64,000 nucleotides of DNA. Origin: Leptogorgia sarmentosa. Its lineage: Eukaryota. Position 1 is the stretch's first letter. The number at the start of each line of letters is the position of its first letter. This document shows positions 11,161-25,032 of the stretch, piece after piece. The position numbers and the translations under genes are program-made. Below the pieces are notes generated by a model, which did no database searches, was not told where the DNA came from, and saw only the letters and a program-made list of their open reading frames with translations. The stretch covers positions 15,004,001-15,068,000 of the forward strand of contig OZ210885.1 of the NCBI GenBank assembly GCA_964658305.1, in the 5' to 3' direction.

Positions 11161-14061
11161 AACACTATGAGGACCATTTGCAGATGGTTGGTGTTTCGCA
11201 TCAGCCATTTGGAAAAATTCCATTAAGGCTTCAACAACATAACACCTTCCAACACTGAAAAACAGCTGCTCACAGTCCTCATAGTGTTTGACATCAACTG
11301 TGACGTTCCGGCGATTTAACTTCTCCCTGAAAAATCTCAGGGTGCCCTTCTCTCTTCCTGAATTCTTATATAGCCTCTTAAACGCAGTCTAAAAAAATGG
11401 CAGGGATGCATTTACTATGGGAGTGGATAATATGAAAATACGCTAATGGACTAAAATTTACCTTCACAAAGCTTCTCTTTGTATGCCAGTCCACAATACA
11501 GAAAGGATACAAATGATCAAACCTCTGTCGAGCCACATGACACCCTGCGCGTAAATCATTAGCTCCAGCAAGCCTAACACGGGTGAGTTGATCACCAAAG
11601 CATGGTATTCTCACACCATGCAATGGATCACTTTCAGATGCAGGTGGAGGAACATGAGAGGCAGGTTGATCAGGTCTGGAAGTTGATCCTATGGTTGGTG
11701 TGGTAGTGTCAGAAGGTTCAGGATCTGGTGAACATAAACCAGCAGCAGAATAGATGTATTGTGTCCACTTTTCCAGCTGATCCATCACATCCACACAATC
11801 CGAGTACTTCTTCTCGTCTTTCAGCAATACTGGCATGGTCACAATTTCTGACTTTGCTGACATATCTTTGGCATGGGTGCATTCTGTGAATTGGGGTGCA
11901 AATGGTTTAAACTTCTGAAATGCTGTAAAATGTTCAAACAAAATTCTCGACACAATCACTCGGTATCGTGATCTAACTGTTTCCAATTCAAGATTGTTAA
12001 CAGTTAACACATCATACACATTGAAATTCCTGAGATCCTGTTGCGAACCAGAGTCAGACAATTCTTTGTTGGTAACTCTATTAAATACAATGCTCGTTGC
12101 TACAGCATGTACACTTCGGTTCTGCACATCTTTCCTCATATCGTGTGCCTTTTCTTCCCAGTCTATATTGTCTAGTACATATACAAACTGGGAGCCTGAT
12201 TTGACCAACTCTGCTGCTCGATCCAGGAAGTGGTTGCCAATGTCATCAAGGATGGTATATTTCTTGGTTCGTTCCAGACATATGCCATACTTATTCAGCT
12301 GATTAACCAACTACAAGATGATAAAATGATACATTAATATGTAAACATAATATGATCTGGTCAAATTATGGCCAGATTACACTGCATATGAAATATTATT
12401 ACAAAGGCAAACTGGAGCACATTGAGGATCATCAGTTTAACTGAAATGATTCACACTATACAAAAGTGAGGAACATTAATTAACATGTTAAAAGAAGTAT
12501 GTATATGATGAGTAATAATTATACCAATGACTTACATTTGCAGATGCTTGACCTTGTATGAGTAGAACAGAATTTATCCTCTGAATTCTGCTTAATTCAT
12601 GGCATCTCAAGAACATCATGATGCCATAAATTAAGCAGACAGCAGGATTCTTTTAATCTGGATGGACACTGCATTCAAGAAGACAATGTAGAATGTCATT
12701 AACCACTGGACATCTGGTTGCCATTTCCTTGAGAACACTCGCCATCCAATCATCTGAAGACAAGCCATCATACAGTCTTTGTCTCAAAACGGAAGCGTCA
12801 CTTCGTCTGGCAATCTCAACGAGCTCTTTGTTTGCTTGACTCAAAACGTTTGATAGCGACAACGCAACAGCACCCTTTTTAAAATCAAACAAAACATTTA
12901 ATCGTACAATTTTTTATGTTTCCAAGCTATAGCAAACTAAAATATTTATATATATTATATGATCATGACGATGAATATGATTACATGCATCGATTAGCAG
13001 ATCTTATAAATGCAAATTAAGTATTCATAGGAAGCGGAAAATATTCACAGAACGTCGTAACGAACGTGCTATTCATCAAGTACCTGGCAATGACTGCCGC
13101 TTGGAAATAAAGTAAAATAGAAGCATGACATGATGCTTTATACTCACAGGATTTACAGCTGCACTTTGGGTCGGTTCATTCTCGTCTAACGCAACACCGA
13201 AGTTGATGCTACGTCGAATTGTTGTTGCAGTTGCCCGAACTTTGGTGGTCGGTTTGGAAATTGACGGAGATAGTTCGACGCATCGTTTTGTTCGAAGATT
13301 TTCCTGTATCCCGCGTTGCGTGTCAGTGATGGTCTTCTTAAACTGAATAAAGTTATTCAGTCTTCTCTCGCATGGTGCGCATATCAAGTGAGGCAGGTTA
13401 CTGTCTTGTGGCAATATACCGCCATAAACAATTTCAGCGCTGCGTAAAATTGTTTGATTCTGTGCGCGGTAAATATTTTTACTGTGACCAGGATCAACTA
13501 CACGGTTACAGAGTCTACAACGTGTTGTAACTGTCGATTCTGTTCGCTTTTTATATAGCTTCTTCGGCGTGTCTTTGCTAGCCATCGACGTGAATGCGAA
13601 TGAATGAAATTTGACCGAACCTCACGCTTTATAAGTAATTCAATGCCTCACAGGATGTATCAAATTTCGAATAATGTTTGTTTGGATTCATTTGTGCAGT
13701 TAACGCATATATTGAAAAAGCACGGCGTTGTTACTTTTCCATATCAAACATTACAAAGTTGGAAGTATTGAATGAGTAATTTTCTTTTGAGACGCAACAA
13801 TCCCTTGTCACCCCTCCCTGAGACAAATTTCAATTTACCCCGCAGATTCTGCGTGACACGTGACCAGCCGCAACCAGGGTCTCTCCTCAGCGGGAGCGAG
13901 GATCAAGACCCTGGGAACGAGGCTGGGGAAGTCCAAGCAATTTGGTTTCACCTGGTTGTACCCCAAGTTGGTCCTTTGCGTAACTCTGATCGGAGCGGTT
14001 TAGATCGTCGTTTTCCTCCAGCTCGCGCACATTGGAGTGCCATTTGTGTAAATCAAATTTT

Positions 14062-14777
14062 GCTTGTCCAAATATCTCCTTCAGTGTTCCTTTCAACTTG
14101 CATACACCGTCTCTAGTTTCTCCACCCGAGATGATGTCATCAACATAGAGGCTTCGTTCAATCTCTTCAACTTCCGAGGGATATTTCACTCGTAGACCTT
14201 CCAAGTGCTGGTGGATTGTCGCTCCCAACAAGAACGGAGATTGGACAAGACCAAAGAGTGCACGACTGAACCGCAAGACTTCAATTGTCAACGTCTCTTT
14301 GTCTTTAATCCAGTGGAACCTGAGCGAATCTCTATCCTCAGGTCGAATTCTTACTTGCAGGAATGCTTGTTTGATGTCCGCTGACAAGGCTATAGGTTTT
14401 AGGCGATTTCTGACGAGTACGTCCCACAGCAAATTCTGAAGGGGAGGGCCTGTCTCCAGGTGATCATTTAATGATGGACTGCTCTCCGAGGGCTTGACAG
14501 ATGCGTCATACACGTGAGTTTTTAAGTTTATTGGCTGGAAAGGTAGTAGACAAGTACATTCTACGGGATGATCAAGTGCAAGTAAGACTTGACAAAGCAC
14601 GGCTAGCAACAGAAGCAAGTATGAAGACGGTAACATCTGCTGGGGAGAGGTACGTTTGTAGGTTCCCTGGCTGCACAAAATCGTTTCGCTATGACAGGAA
14701 AAGACGACGCAATCACGAGAAAACGCACGATGGAATGGTCGTGGAGATTTGCCAAACCCAAGTACGTGATGTGGTAA
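14062..14777 (+). repeat. 716-bp chimeric block (BEL RT plus AcademH-2 transposase), duplicated at 21363-22078
   Basis: Near-identical direct copies; three substitutions seen near the internal junction. Confidence 0.92.
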
Positions 14778-17123
14778 TATGTGTCATACACAATCCGCAT
14801 CTTGGTGGATTCTGCAGCCTTCCGGATGACAGGTTTATGTGGGATGTAGTATACATTCCTTCCTGGCTCATCGGTCACTTTCTCAACAATCCCTTCCTTC
14901 AACTGATCTTGGATGATTTCATGATATTGGTCAAGCATTTCTGGGTTACGTTGCAATTTCTTAACCAAATTATTCAACCGTCCCAAACTGTTGGATTCAT
15001 TGGTTGGTAAAGGCTCGTCACGTCGGGGTTTCCATAGCAACCCGGTTTCGTACCAGCCCTCCTCGCTGCGTCGTAGTTGTTGTTTGAAGTCTTGGTACAC
15101 CGATTGCTGACTTCCGTTGGGTGGTTCTTGGAGCCCAAGCACATCCAGGCTACATAGCTTATCGTAATCTGTTGCTGAAGACTTGGTGAAATACACACTG
15201 CTGAGATCTGCTTCTTCGCCCGCTGCTATAATAGTCCAACCGAGTGTCGTGAGTTCTCCAACCGGCTCCCCGGGTTGTCCGAGCTTGGGTTGTGTGTTGG
15301 TCTTTATTCTCGCATAGTCGCTAGCTCCCAATATCATGGAAATCGGTAATTCTGGCTTAGTGTCATTGTCGTCCATTAACACATCTTTCAAATGTTCATA
15401 CTGATAGATGATCTTGCTGTACTGGGGGTTTGGTATAGACAACAGCACACCCTTGTCAACTTTGCTTGCCTGAGTGTTCATTTTGAAAGTTCCTTGAACA
15501 TTGGATACTTTCACGTTGTACCTCTCTATCTTCTGACTGGTAGAACATAACATCATCTCAATTCTCTTGTACTCGGTTTTGTTGGGTTTCTTGCCCAGGA
15601 GCTTAACCAGACCAGCTGAGATGTAAGAGCTCCCAGCTCCTGTATCCAGCAACGCTCTGCATTTTACACCATCGACCATTACAACTACCACTGGGTAGAT
15701 GACTCTGCCCATGCCAGTCGCAAGCATAACTTGTTGTGGAACTTGATCGCATATTGATGTGTGGTGCTTGGCCTTGCACTTCAGACAGGTTGCTAAGCTA
15801 CGACATTCTGAAGCCCGGTGCTTCAGACCTGTACAGTTGAAGCAACGTTTTTTCGCTGCGAGTTCTTTCTTCCTAGAAGCCACATCCACCACTTTATCAC
15901 AACCTACAGACTTATGTTGGTCTGAGTTGCAGTATACACAGGGCTTTGGTTTCCATTGCTGTTGGTTGGTTTGGAAGAACCTACTAGATTTGACTTTCGA
16001 GCCCCCGATCTCGCTCCCGCCATGCTCAGGTTTGTCTTCAACTATGATTGGATTTCTTTCACACCATTTCCTCAGGGCCTCAACCAGTTGAGGGAAACCC
16101 CATTCCTGCCAGTCGTCATCCAATCTTACTAAATCGGCACGAATACCAGGGAGTTTGTCAAGGGTTGGTCTGACAAACCCGTTTACTTGACTGATCTTTC
16201 CCATGGTCTCAAGGGCTTGGGTGTTGGTGACTAACGACTCGAAGAACTCATGTATTTTCTTGGATTGTGTCCCCTTAACTGCTGGTAATGTTATAATGCC
16301 TTGCATGTGGGCATTAGCTACCTCACTTGTTTTCCCATATTTTTTGCTCTGAGAATAGATTTAGCCCGTTCGTACCCCTCTGTGGTGAACAGAAGACCAT
16401 CAATATATGTGCGTGCTTTTGGGACTAAGAGTTCTTTAAGATATGACAGTTTTGCAATTTGGCTTATCTCAGCTTTATCTATCTCAGTCTCAAACTGGCC
16501 CCAGAATTTTTGCCAGTCTAGGTGTGTGCCTTGGAACTTAGTGGTCACTAGTTTAGGAAGTTTAGCATTGCTACCTTTTGTAGTCGATTTCGTCCGTGAT
16601 TCTTCCATCTTATGCTCGTACACGCGTTTCATTTCTAACTTGGTTTCTTAGAATTTAAGCTCTTCTTCGAAATGTAATCTTCGTTTCTCTTGTTCGATTT
16701 TCTCTTTCTCGTTTTTGACTTTAGCATATTCTCTCGTAATAGTCTCTCGTACCTCATCGATTACTGCTTCGAACCCGGAAACCTTGCTCTCGATTTCAAG
16801 ACTCCATTCTCTCACTCTGTTGCATCTCCTTTCTCGATTCTGTTTTGTTGAACTTCGATTTTAAGCTTGTGTGTTTGTTCGATTAGTTCTTCGAAGACCT
16901 TTGCATGACGTTCCATTGCTTTTACCTTGTGACCTTCCAGAACTCTTGGTGTATCCTCTTGAGTAAAGTTTAACATACGAAGTTTCCCCTCGATTTGGTT
17001 TAATAGATCTTGGTCGGCAGTTGCCATTTTCAAAATGGCGGCAATGTTATCTCACAAAGTTTCAATGTTTATTGATTACTCACGCTATTTATTTCTCGTT
17101 CCTTTGTTGTGATTTTCGGCTAA

Positions 17124-17142
17124 GATCCTGCCGGGGTCGCCA
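17124..17142 (-). promoter_or_regulatory. tRNA primer-binding site of BEL-1
   Basis: TGGCGACCCCGGCAGGATC lies 3 nt inside the LTR end. The TGG start matches a tRNA CCA end; tRNA identity (possibly Arg) not verified. Confidence 0.8.
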
Positions 17143-17145
17143 CTT

Positions 17146-17376
17146 TGTCGGAAACTCTGTTCTTACGCGACAAAACTTTTTTATTCAACTCAAAGGTACA
17201 TATACTTTTTCCTAACCCCTCCCGAATCTATCGTTCTCTCTTCATCCTCGCGGGCTCTCTCCCCCGTTCCCCATACTTCGTGTAATGTAAACTATAATGT
17301 CAAATAAATCCTACAAACGTTTAAATAGCTACTTGAAATAGAAGCAAGCGTTTGAAAAAGTTTCTTGAATACAACA
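17146..17376 (-). repeat. 5' LTR of BEL-1 (about 231 bp)
   Basis: TGT...ACA ends, AATAAA on the minus strand, adjacent PBS. The partner LTR is not in the window. Confidence 0.7.
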
Positions 17377-17809
17377 TACCACTCATTTTAATTTAGTTTT
17401 CTTACTCCACTCTTATGATGCATAATTATTAGGTATAAGAGCATAACATAACAAAATATAACATAATATAACATAACCCAAGAATAATAAACAAAAGGTA
17501 TAACATGAATGCATGTACTGTTGTAGCATTCAGTACAGCACATCCAAAAGTGACATACGCACTTCAAATGCCCACTACAGGTAATTATAATTATTACGCA
17601 CTCATGCTGTGTACCTTCCAATCTATAAGGAACAATGTAAAAATACACTAAACGGTAACGAAACAGCAACAATCGTATAGTATATATGGTTGTGCAGCAC
17701 ACATCATAAAGATCTAGCAGATCTAAAGTTTGATGAATACTATTATGAACGTTAGTATACTAACTGGAACAATACAGGAATGTGTTATATATGTATAGTA
17801 TTATACAGT

Positions 17810-18703
17810 TTTAACACACATATTTGGGCACATCTATATAGAACGGAAGTGCCACGACTGCGTTATTGATAACCTCATCAAACTGAATTCTAAAGTCATT
17901 GAAATTGTTGTATCCAGATGTTGGAAGATCTACAACAGAGGAGCAGGTATGCAACAAAACGTGCGGCAGGTTTCCTGTGTACAAGTGAACTATGACCTTG
18001 ATGGGCTCGCTCGAATATGTTGCACTACCAGTGCAGTGACAAATCGCAAAAAAGGTTCCTTTTCTGTAAGATTTCGAACGTTCCTTTTAAGGTAGGTAAA
18101 CACAGTCTCTTTTGCTTTCTTCATAGTCGAAGGGTCGTCTATGGTAAGAAGAGAAAGGACTTTCTCGGTAGTTACCGATAACTCATTGTAAAGGTCGTAT
18201 ACAGATTCCTTCGTAAAAACAGAGCTGCCGCTGATTCCGTAACGAAAACCTTCCTTCAACGCATCTACTGCCATACGTGGTTTACTCAACAGTTCTGTTT
18301 TTCTAACACTAATGAAAACATTCCTGTTTTCAGTTGTTGGCAATTTTGAAACAGCGTAGTCTGACATTATATCAATCCAGAAATTTTTACTTTCCTCAGA
18401 AAGGGTTTCCTGTTCCAAAATCTTGGATAGTTTGAGCCTCTCGTAAGAACTAGCGTATTCTAGAAAACCCTCCAAAAAATCTTCATCGCTAATACTATCT
18501 TTTCCAGAAAGCATTAACGCAACGAAAACTTTGTTTACTGAAATTGGGAAAACACCAGTCAGGACATAGCCATGCCATAATAATCTTCCAAGAATGGTGT
18601 ATACATCCTTGTCAATACCTGGGGAGATTCGTGGAACGGAAGTGCATGTACCTTCGAAGTAACGTGGAATTGCATTTTCCCGAAAGAGAGAATAGGCTTC
18701 TCT
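17810..18703 (-). pseudogene. HECT-type E3 ubiquitin ligase domain fragment, intronless and 5'-truncated
   Basis: Frame reads REAYSLF...YFEG...VP...LGRLLWHGYVLTGVFP into ORF 18514-17990 (FLRFVT). After a frameshift it reads LHTCSSVVDLPTSGYNNFNDF, resembling the catalytic HTC motif. Confidence 0.7.
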
Positions 18704-18705
18704 AA

Positions 18706-21700
18706 ATGTTATGCAGAGGTACTAAGAGGCAAATAGCTAGAGCTGTGTGGCATTGTGATACCATACGAACACACCTATATGAAGAAATCATTAAACAGAT
18801 TCATAAAGAATGTGTTGCCATGTGTGTGAAAGGCTGCACAAAGGAAGAGAAGAGAGAGAGCTGTCTGAGGAAAACTGATAAAGAAAGTGTGGTTAGCTTT
18901 TCTTTTGACAATTTGATTCAGGAATTACAAGACCGAGCCCCGTTGTTTCTCTTGGTGCTGAAGACTGCAGCTCTTAAGGCAAATGATATGGAAGAGAAAT
19001 GGAAGCCATCGATTGGTGTAGCGGCAGCTGTTTGTCTACGCAACAGGTCCAGGAATATGATTGCAGTTCAGCTGATAATAGCAATTATGAATCGCCATTC
19101 TGGATTTATGGTACAGTAAAAATTTACAGTATTTTGCAACATTAAAACGTTAAGTACTTAAGTATGCAGTACATGTGGGTAATAGGCTTAATAGGTTGAC
19201 AATAACATTCAATTTGGCAGATTAATTGGCTTTAAGTTTAGAAATCTTTGTCTTATTTATAAAAAAACTGTCAGTACTCTCTATCTAAGTGTGCCAAGAT
19301 GTACCATGCTATGCATATTCTGGCTATAGCATCTAAGAATATTAATTTGTCTAATTGCAGGCTATAATGAAACGTATGCAGGCTCTGAGGTTGATGCCAT
19401 CACATACTTACTTTTACAAAAAGCTTACTCAATTTGGAAAAGATCATGACAAAGTAATTCTGAGTATGGTGGAAAATGAAGGAAAGCGAATGACTGCAGT
19501 TCGAAAGATTGGGGCGATGCAGGAAGAGGAAGATAAGGAACCACTAATTAATGAAGACAATGGCATTGATGCAGTTGTAAGTGTACTTATTTGGCATGTT
19601 TTAGAGTTACTGTGGAAATGAAAAATATCATGCCTAAAAATGACATGTGAACAGTGTACATTTTTCAGATGTAGTGAAGAAATTTGGGCTTAGGTTTCAT
19701 TCTAACATCATTTTGAACCAACACTAACCCTAACTCTTTACCAATCCTAGAACTGTATCCCTAACCATATCTATGTCAATGCCTATACCAAATGTACTTC
19801 AGTAATCTCATTGTCAGCCTTAACTGGAAGCTAAATTTGCGAGATGTTTTTTATTGTCATTATTCTTCTCTAAGTAGGAAACAAGTGCTATGAAATCTAA
19901 AGATGACATCAACAGAGAATGTGGGAAGAGAATTCTAGAATCTTTAAATTCCCTGAAAACAGCGGTAAATGTTGGGGATTGTGTCAATGTTCCAGTGGAG
20001 CACATCTCGGTATATTCCAAATATTTAAAAAAATAACACCAAGAGATCAAAGAACATAACCAGCCAACAATGCCCCAAACCGATGCAATTGATGCTAGTG
20101 CCACAGGTAGTACTAAACCGTCTGTGATGCCACATGCAGAGCTCGTAAAATACGCAAATTTGAATCCTGATCTTGGACGAAAGCTAACTCTGGACAATAT
20201 TGACATACACCAAGCCACACATGATATGACAGAAGAGCACCAGAATCCAGATGCTCATTACTGTACGCTCATCTCAACTGAGAACCGCGTGTCTGGTAAC
20301 CATCTTAGTGATGATAAGCCAATTGGTATGTTACATGAATTGGAAAATGCAACATTTTGCCCGAGCAAATATGAGCACATCAAACAACGTGAGAACTACC
20401 TTAGTTGGTAGGGTCATCGTGGACTCCATTCCATCCTTGAATACCTTAAAAGATGCAGCTACTCATCATATACCCCATCAGTACTCCAAAGAAATGGCAA
20501 AATCTACTGACACAGTAAGATGATAACTATGTATTTTTTTAAAATTTAACATTTGCCTTATGTCCCTTAGAATGCATTCATAAACAATAGATAAATTTTT
20601 ACAGTTGCATAGGAGTGCTAATTAAAAATAATATCCAAAAGGACTTTGCCATTGGTGTTTCTATTAACAGCCCCAAAACATTACATGTGAATTGAACTTG
20701 TATTCAAAATATTTCGTAGACTTTTATTGGTGTCATTTATGAAGACGAAAATAAAGCTGATGGAATGCAAAAAATTCTTGACCATCTTCAGAAATATGTG
20801 CCCTCCTATGAGGAAGATGGAAGCATTGGATATGCAGAACAGGGCATCGTAGGGGATCAGCTGACTGTCGAGAGAGGAGTTACTGGGCTGTTTGAGGTGT
20901 CAAATGGATTTACGGCCGAAGAAAGGCACGAAGGACTTCATTTTGAGGTAGCTGATTTTCATGGTGGAATGAAATTTCTCGAGGTACAGTATATTGATTA
21001 ACTACCGCAACCATAAGTACAGCATCACAATATTTTCATTCACAAAGAAACGTTTCATTCAAAAATTCATTTTTTTTATTCACATTTTGTAGTATATCTT
21101 CAGTCACTTTTATCACCCAACTGCAGCCAATGACAAGTGCATGTTGTACAGTGATAGAAATTTGATCAACAGAAGAACTGTTCGTGCTGATGTCTCGAAA
21201 GACGTTAGTGCATGCAAAAAATTCTTTTTGCTTGAACTAGAGGCAAGAATTGTTGCAGCAACGATGGTTCTACTGGAAATGGAAGATATCGATGACACTC
21301 CAAGTCTGAGTAAATTGAATGTTAATATTGAAAGCGCTCAGATTCGAGAAAAAATATCTATCGCTTGTCCAAATATCTCCTTCAGTGTTCCTTTCAACTT
21401 GCATACACCGTCTCTAGTTTCTCCACCCGAGATGATGTCATCAACATAGAGGCTTCGTTCAATCTCTTCAACTTCCGAGGGATATTTCACTCGTAGACCT
21501 TCCAAGTGCTGGTGGATTGTCGCTCCCAACAAGAACGGAGATTGGACAAGACCAAAGAGTGCACGACTGAACCGCAAGACTTCAATTGTCAACGTCTCTT
21601 TGTCTTTAATCCAGTGGAACCTGAGCGAATCTCTATCCTCAGGTCGAATTCTTACTTGCAGGAATGCTTGTTTGATGTCCGCTGACAAGGCTATAGGTTT

Positions 21701-22737
21701 TAGGCGATTTCTGACGAGTACGTCCCACAGCAAATTCTGAAGGGGAGGGCCTGTCTCCAGGTGATCATTTAATGATGGACTGCTCTCCGAGGGCTTGGCA
21801 GATGCGTCATACACGTGAGTTTTCAAGTTTATTAGCTGGAAAGGTAGTAGACAAGTACATTCTACGGGATGATCAAGTGCAAGTAAGACTTGACAAAGCA
21901 CGGCTAGCAACAGAAGCAAGTATGAAGACGGTAACATCTGCTGGGGAGAGGTACGTTTGTAGGTTCCCTGGCTGCACAAAATCGTTTCGCTATGACAGGA
22001 AAAGACGACGCAATCACGAGAAAACGCACGATGGAATGGTCGTGGAGATTTGCCAAACCCAAGTACGTGATGTGGTAAATGATGATATATTCAATTACCA
22101 GTCTTCCTTGCTCGAAGTTGGCCTTCTTCTTATGAACTTTTATGATGCTATTACCGAAGGGGATGGACAACGATTGGTGAGATGTTGGAAGTTCGTGTTA
22201 TCGTATTTGAAAGAAGATGGCCAGAGAAGTAAGAAATACGCCCTTGAAGCATTTTTCCTCCTTTGTCAAATCAATAGCTTACTCTCTCAACAGGCTGCAC
22301 ATCTCTTGATTTGGAACAGGTTTTACAAGTTGAAACCTGGTCATGGTGGTAATATTCCACTTGATTTAGCTCTAGAGCATTTTAATAGGTTAATGAAAAT
22401 TTTGATAAAAAATCTTGGACGAAATGGCCTGAAGAATGCCATAGATCGGTATTGCAAAGCACTTTCTGTCGTCAGTGAAACCTTGGGCAATTTTGACAGC
22501 ATGTGTCACATTACTAAAAGATCCGGTACACATTCTTGTCGTTCTGCGAATATGGATTTCAGGAAGGTTGTAAATGAATTAATACAACAAAAAGCATTCC
22601 TACCTTCACATGGAAGAAGTTATAACCACTTCTCAGGAATGAAAGATAGTCTGTTGGCAGACCATGATCTCAATGCATTTTTCAAATGGATAAATATCCA
22701 CAAGAAAATGGTATATCTGAACAAGTGTGCTCGTTGA
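18706..22737 (+). pseudogene. AcademH-2 transposase, multi-exon, with frameshifts and a BEL RT insertion at about 21352-21813
   Basis: LTLDNID, VGDQLT, ADFHG, EGDG.R, KYALE, NIPLDLALEH motifs and a C2H2 finger (CRFPGC...H...H). Confidence 0.82.
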
Positions 22738-22825
22738 ACAAACTTTGATGTACAATAACTACTGTTTGTTACAGTTTAATCACAAAAGAATAATGTGCAA
22801 CAAAATCCACTATGCATTATGTGCA

Positions 22826-25032
22826 TCAGCTATATTCCATGCAGTCAATATCCTTTGTTATTGTACTCAAAACAAAACTCACATTATCATTGTCAAATCC
22901 GATACTTTCATTTTGACTGTTTTCAACAGTCATTTCTGATGTGTCCCCAAATTTGGAATCATCAAAATAATCAAATAATTCAGCCCTCTCAGTATCATCT
23001 CTTATTTCCTCCCAATCTTCTTCGCCCACTTCCATATCTTCAAAATCTTCTACTGACAACAATAGTGTGACACTTTCGTCCATATCTTTGAAAACCTCAT
23101 TTAATATGGTATAAACCATATTTGCATGAACATTTCTCCATAGCTCAACACAGCTAACAATGTCATTAATGGTAAATAGATGGGTACAGTTTGTCAGAAC
23201 TTGTTCTATTTGATAGTGGTCAAATTCAAACAATATGCCAATGGATCCACCAGGCAAAAATTGTTCTGTGCTTGCAGGGATTAAGCTCGCCCTGTACTCG
23301 AGAAGTTTCTGTTGAAGGAGAGTTCTTTGGTCCTTGGATACATGTCGCTTAATATTGAATGATGTCTCATTTTGGTCAACTGTTTCTCCAAAAGACATTA
23401 TGGAAATGTTACTATGTTCTGAACAGTCACATTTCTGACTACAACGATCACAGGACAAGCAACCAGTTGGCATATTTGTAATTGAAGTTGAGAAAAGCTT
23501 GGTAATAAAATTTTGCCGACAGTTCTTTGTTTCCACAAGTTGTTTCACCTGACTATCATAATGTGATGTCAAAAGCCCATTGTACAGTATATGGCAAATA
23601 CACTGTTTACCATCCCTTTCTAATCGTCCTGTTTCCTGCATAAGGCTCTCGACGGTGCTGGATGGTCCAAAATGGATACTGCAGTATACATCCTTACAGT
23701 CGATGCCCATCCCAAATGCTATTGTGCATATTAAAAGTCTAAGATGACTATTTCCCCTGGTCATTTCTTTAATAACATGACTTTTGACTGAGTCAGGACT
23801 ACCAGCATGAAACATTTGGACAAAACAGTGATCATAACTTGAACTACTTCCAACAAAGTTTTTTTTACCAAGAGCTGCTGTAAAAAGTCTGTAAAGAATG
23901 GAACACTGTTTGCGTGTTTGGCAAAAGATAATACACCTTTCTGCTTTCTCGCCTTTATCTTCAAGTTCACCAATCAACATCTTGAAAATAGTGTCTAATG
24001 ATTTATCTTTACTGATTTGGAAAAACTGGTAACTGATATTTCCTCGTAAAGGTGATTTTTCAATTTCGAATGAGCTGAAGACATTTAAATCCAGCATTTG
24101 ATAAATAGTATGCTTGGTGGCTTTGGTGGCAGTTGCGGTGAACACTGCATATCGAGTTGAGGAATGGAGCAGGGACTTCAACTCCACAATAATGCCATAC
24201 CACTTTCTAAATGGACTTTCCTTCTTCGTAGACAGTCCCCTACAGAATATATTCAGAATATTTGTATCAAGATCTTAAATGACCTTGTTTTGGACCGTGA
24301 TATGATGTAGCCAAGATAAATGAAAGATTTCTGGAACAGCAGGGGAGGGTGGTGACTTAAATGAAGTAATTTAAGTATAAATCGAATATATAAATATTTA
24401 GATTTTTACTGGTCCTTGACCAGCCAGTTTCTAGATATTGATGTGATGTGTTTGTTATACTTTATGCATCGTATCAGTAGGTGGATGTAACTCATGTTTA
24501 AGTAATTTAAACAATACAAAACTATTCTTACCAGTGTACCAAACAATGTGCCTCATCTACAACAACTGCAATACAAATGCCAGAGAGCTTGCGAGAGAGT
24601 CCTCCAACGTTTCTTCCCTACTAAGTATTCAGGGCTAGTATAGATTAACAAGTAAACCCCTTCTTCGATTACTTTTAAAATCTCTTTGTCCTGACCATCG
24701 AATATAGCAGCTGCAGATATTCCAAAGTTCTTGTTGATATTCCGTACTTGATCCTTCATGAGCGACAGTAAAGGAGATATCACAAGTACCATACTTGTGC
24801 CAATCAATTGATGCTCTATAATATCGGCAATTATCAGTATGGCTTGAAAAATGAGAGACTTCCCATAGCCAGTGTGAGCACTAAAGAACAAATCTTTGCC
24901 TTGAAAGAAATTATGCAAGGCTTCCTCTTGATCTGGATAAAATTTCTCAACGTTGAGGAACTTACACGCAGTGGAAATGGCGACAGAAAACCTAATTGAA
25001 TCAAACAACGGTCCTTTCGTTGCCGCCGCCAT
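22826..25032 (-). pseudogene. RecQ-like helicase of AcademH-2 (2 exons, frameshift at about 24590)
   Basis: HTGYGKS, VISPL, VVDEAH, FTATA, CTIAFGMGID and QETGRLERDG motifs. Intron about 24530-24241. Confidence 0.85.

Larger units (their letters stand above)
5855..13585 (-). pseudogene. AcademH-1 transposase, multi-exon, disrupted by BEL-2
   Basis: Exons about 13585-13148 (CxxC...CxxC), 12830-12536, 12310-11462 (VLDNID, FGDQLT, VDWH) and 11388-11166 joined to 6648-5855 (GNG, NIEIDLFQE). The frame GPHSV|YVLTEE is restored when BEL-2 and one TSD copy are removed. Confidence 0.85.
3293..13925. mobile_element. AcademH DNA transposon 1 (both ends present)
   Basis: 80-bp TIRs at 3293-3372 and 13846-13925 (2 mismatches). 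9-bp TSD GGGAAGTCC at 3284-3292 and 13926-13934. Convergent RecQ-like helicase and Academ transposase genes. Confidence 0.93.
2712..17376 (-). mobile_element. BEL/Pao LTR retrotransposon 1 (decayed; interrupted by AcademH-1, a 265-bp Academ fragment and the Gmr1 element)
   Basis: 5' LTR 17376-17146 (TGTT...GACA), then a PBS, gag (17033-16318), Zn-knuckles and protease ALLDTGA (16306-14792), RT (KMRIVYD, ADIKQAF, YVDD; 14513-13926, continuing 3292-3116) and Pao-type RNase H (LHTFGDSS, TIPRLEL, WLDS; 3115-2712). Several frameshifts and stops. Confidence 0.92.
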
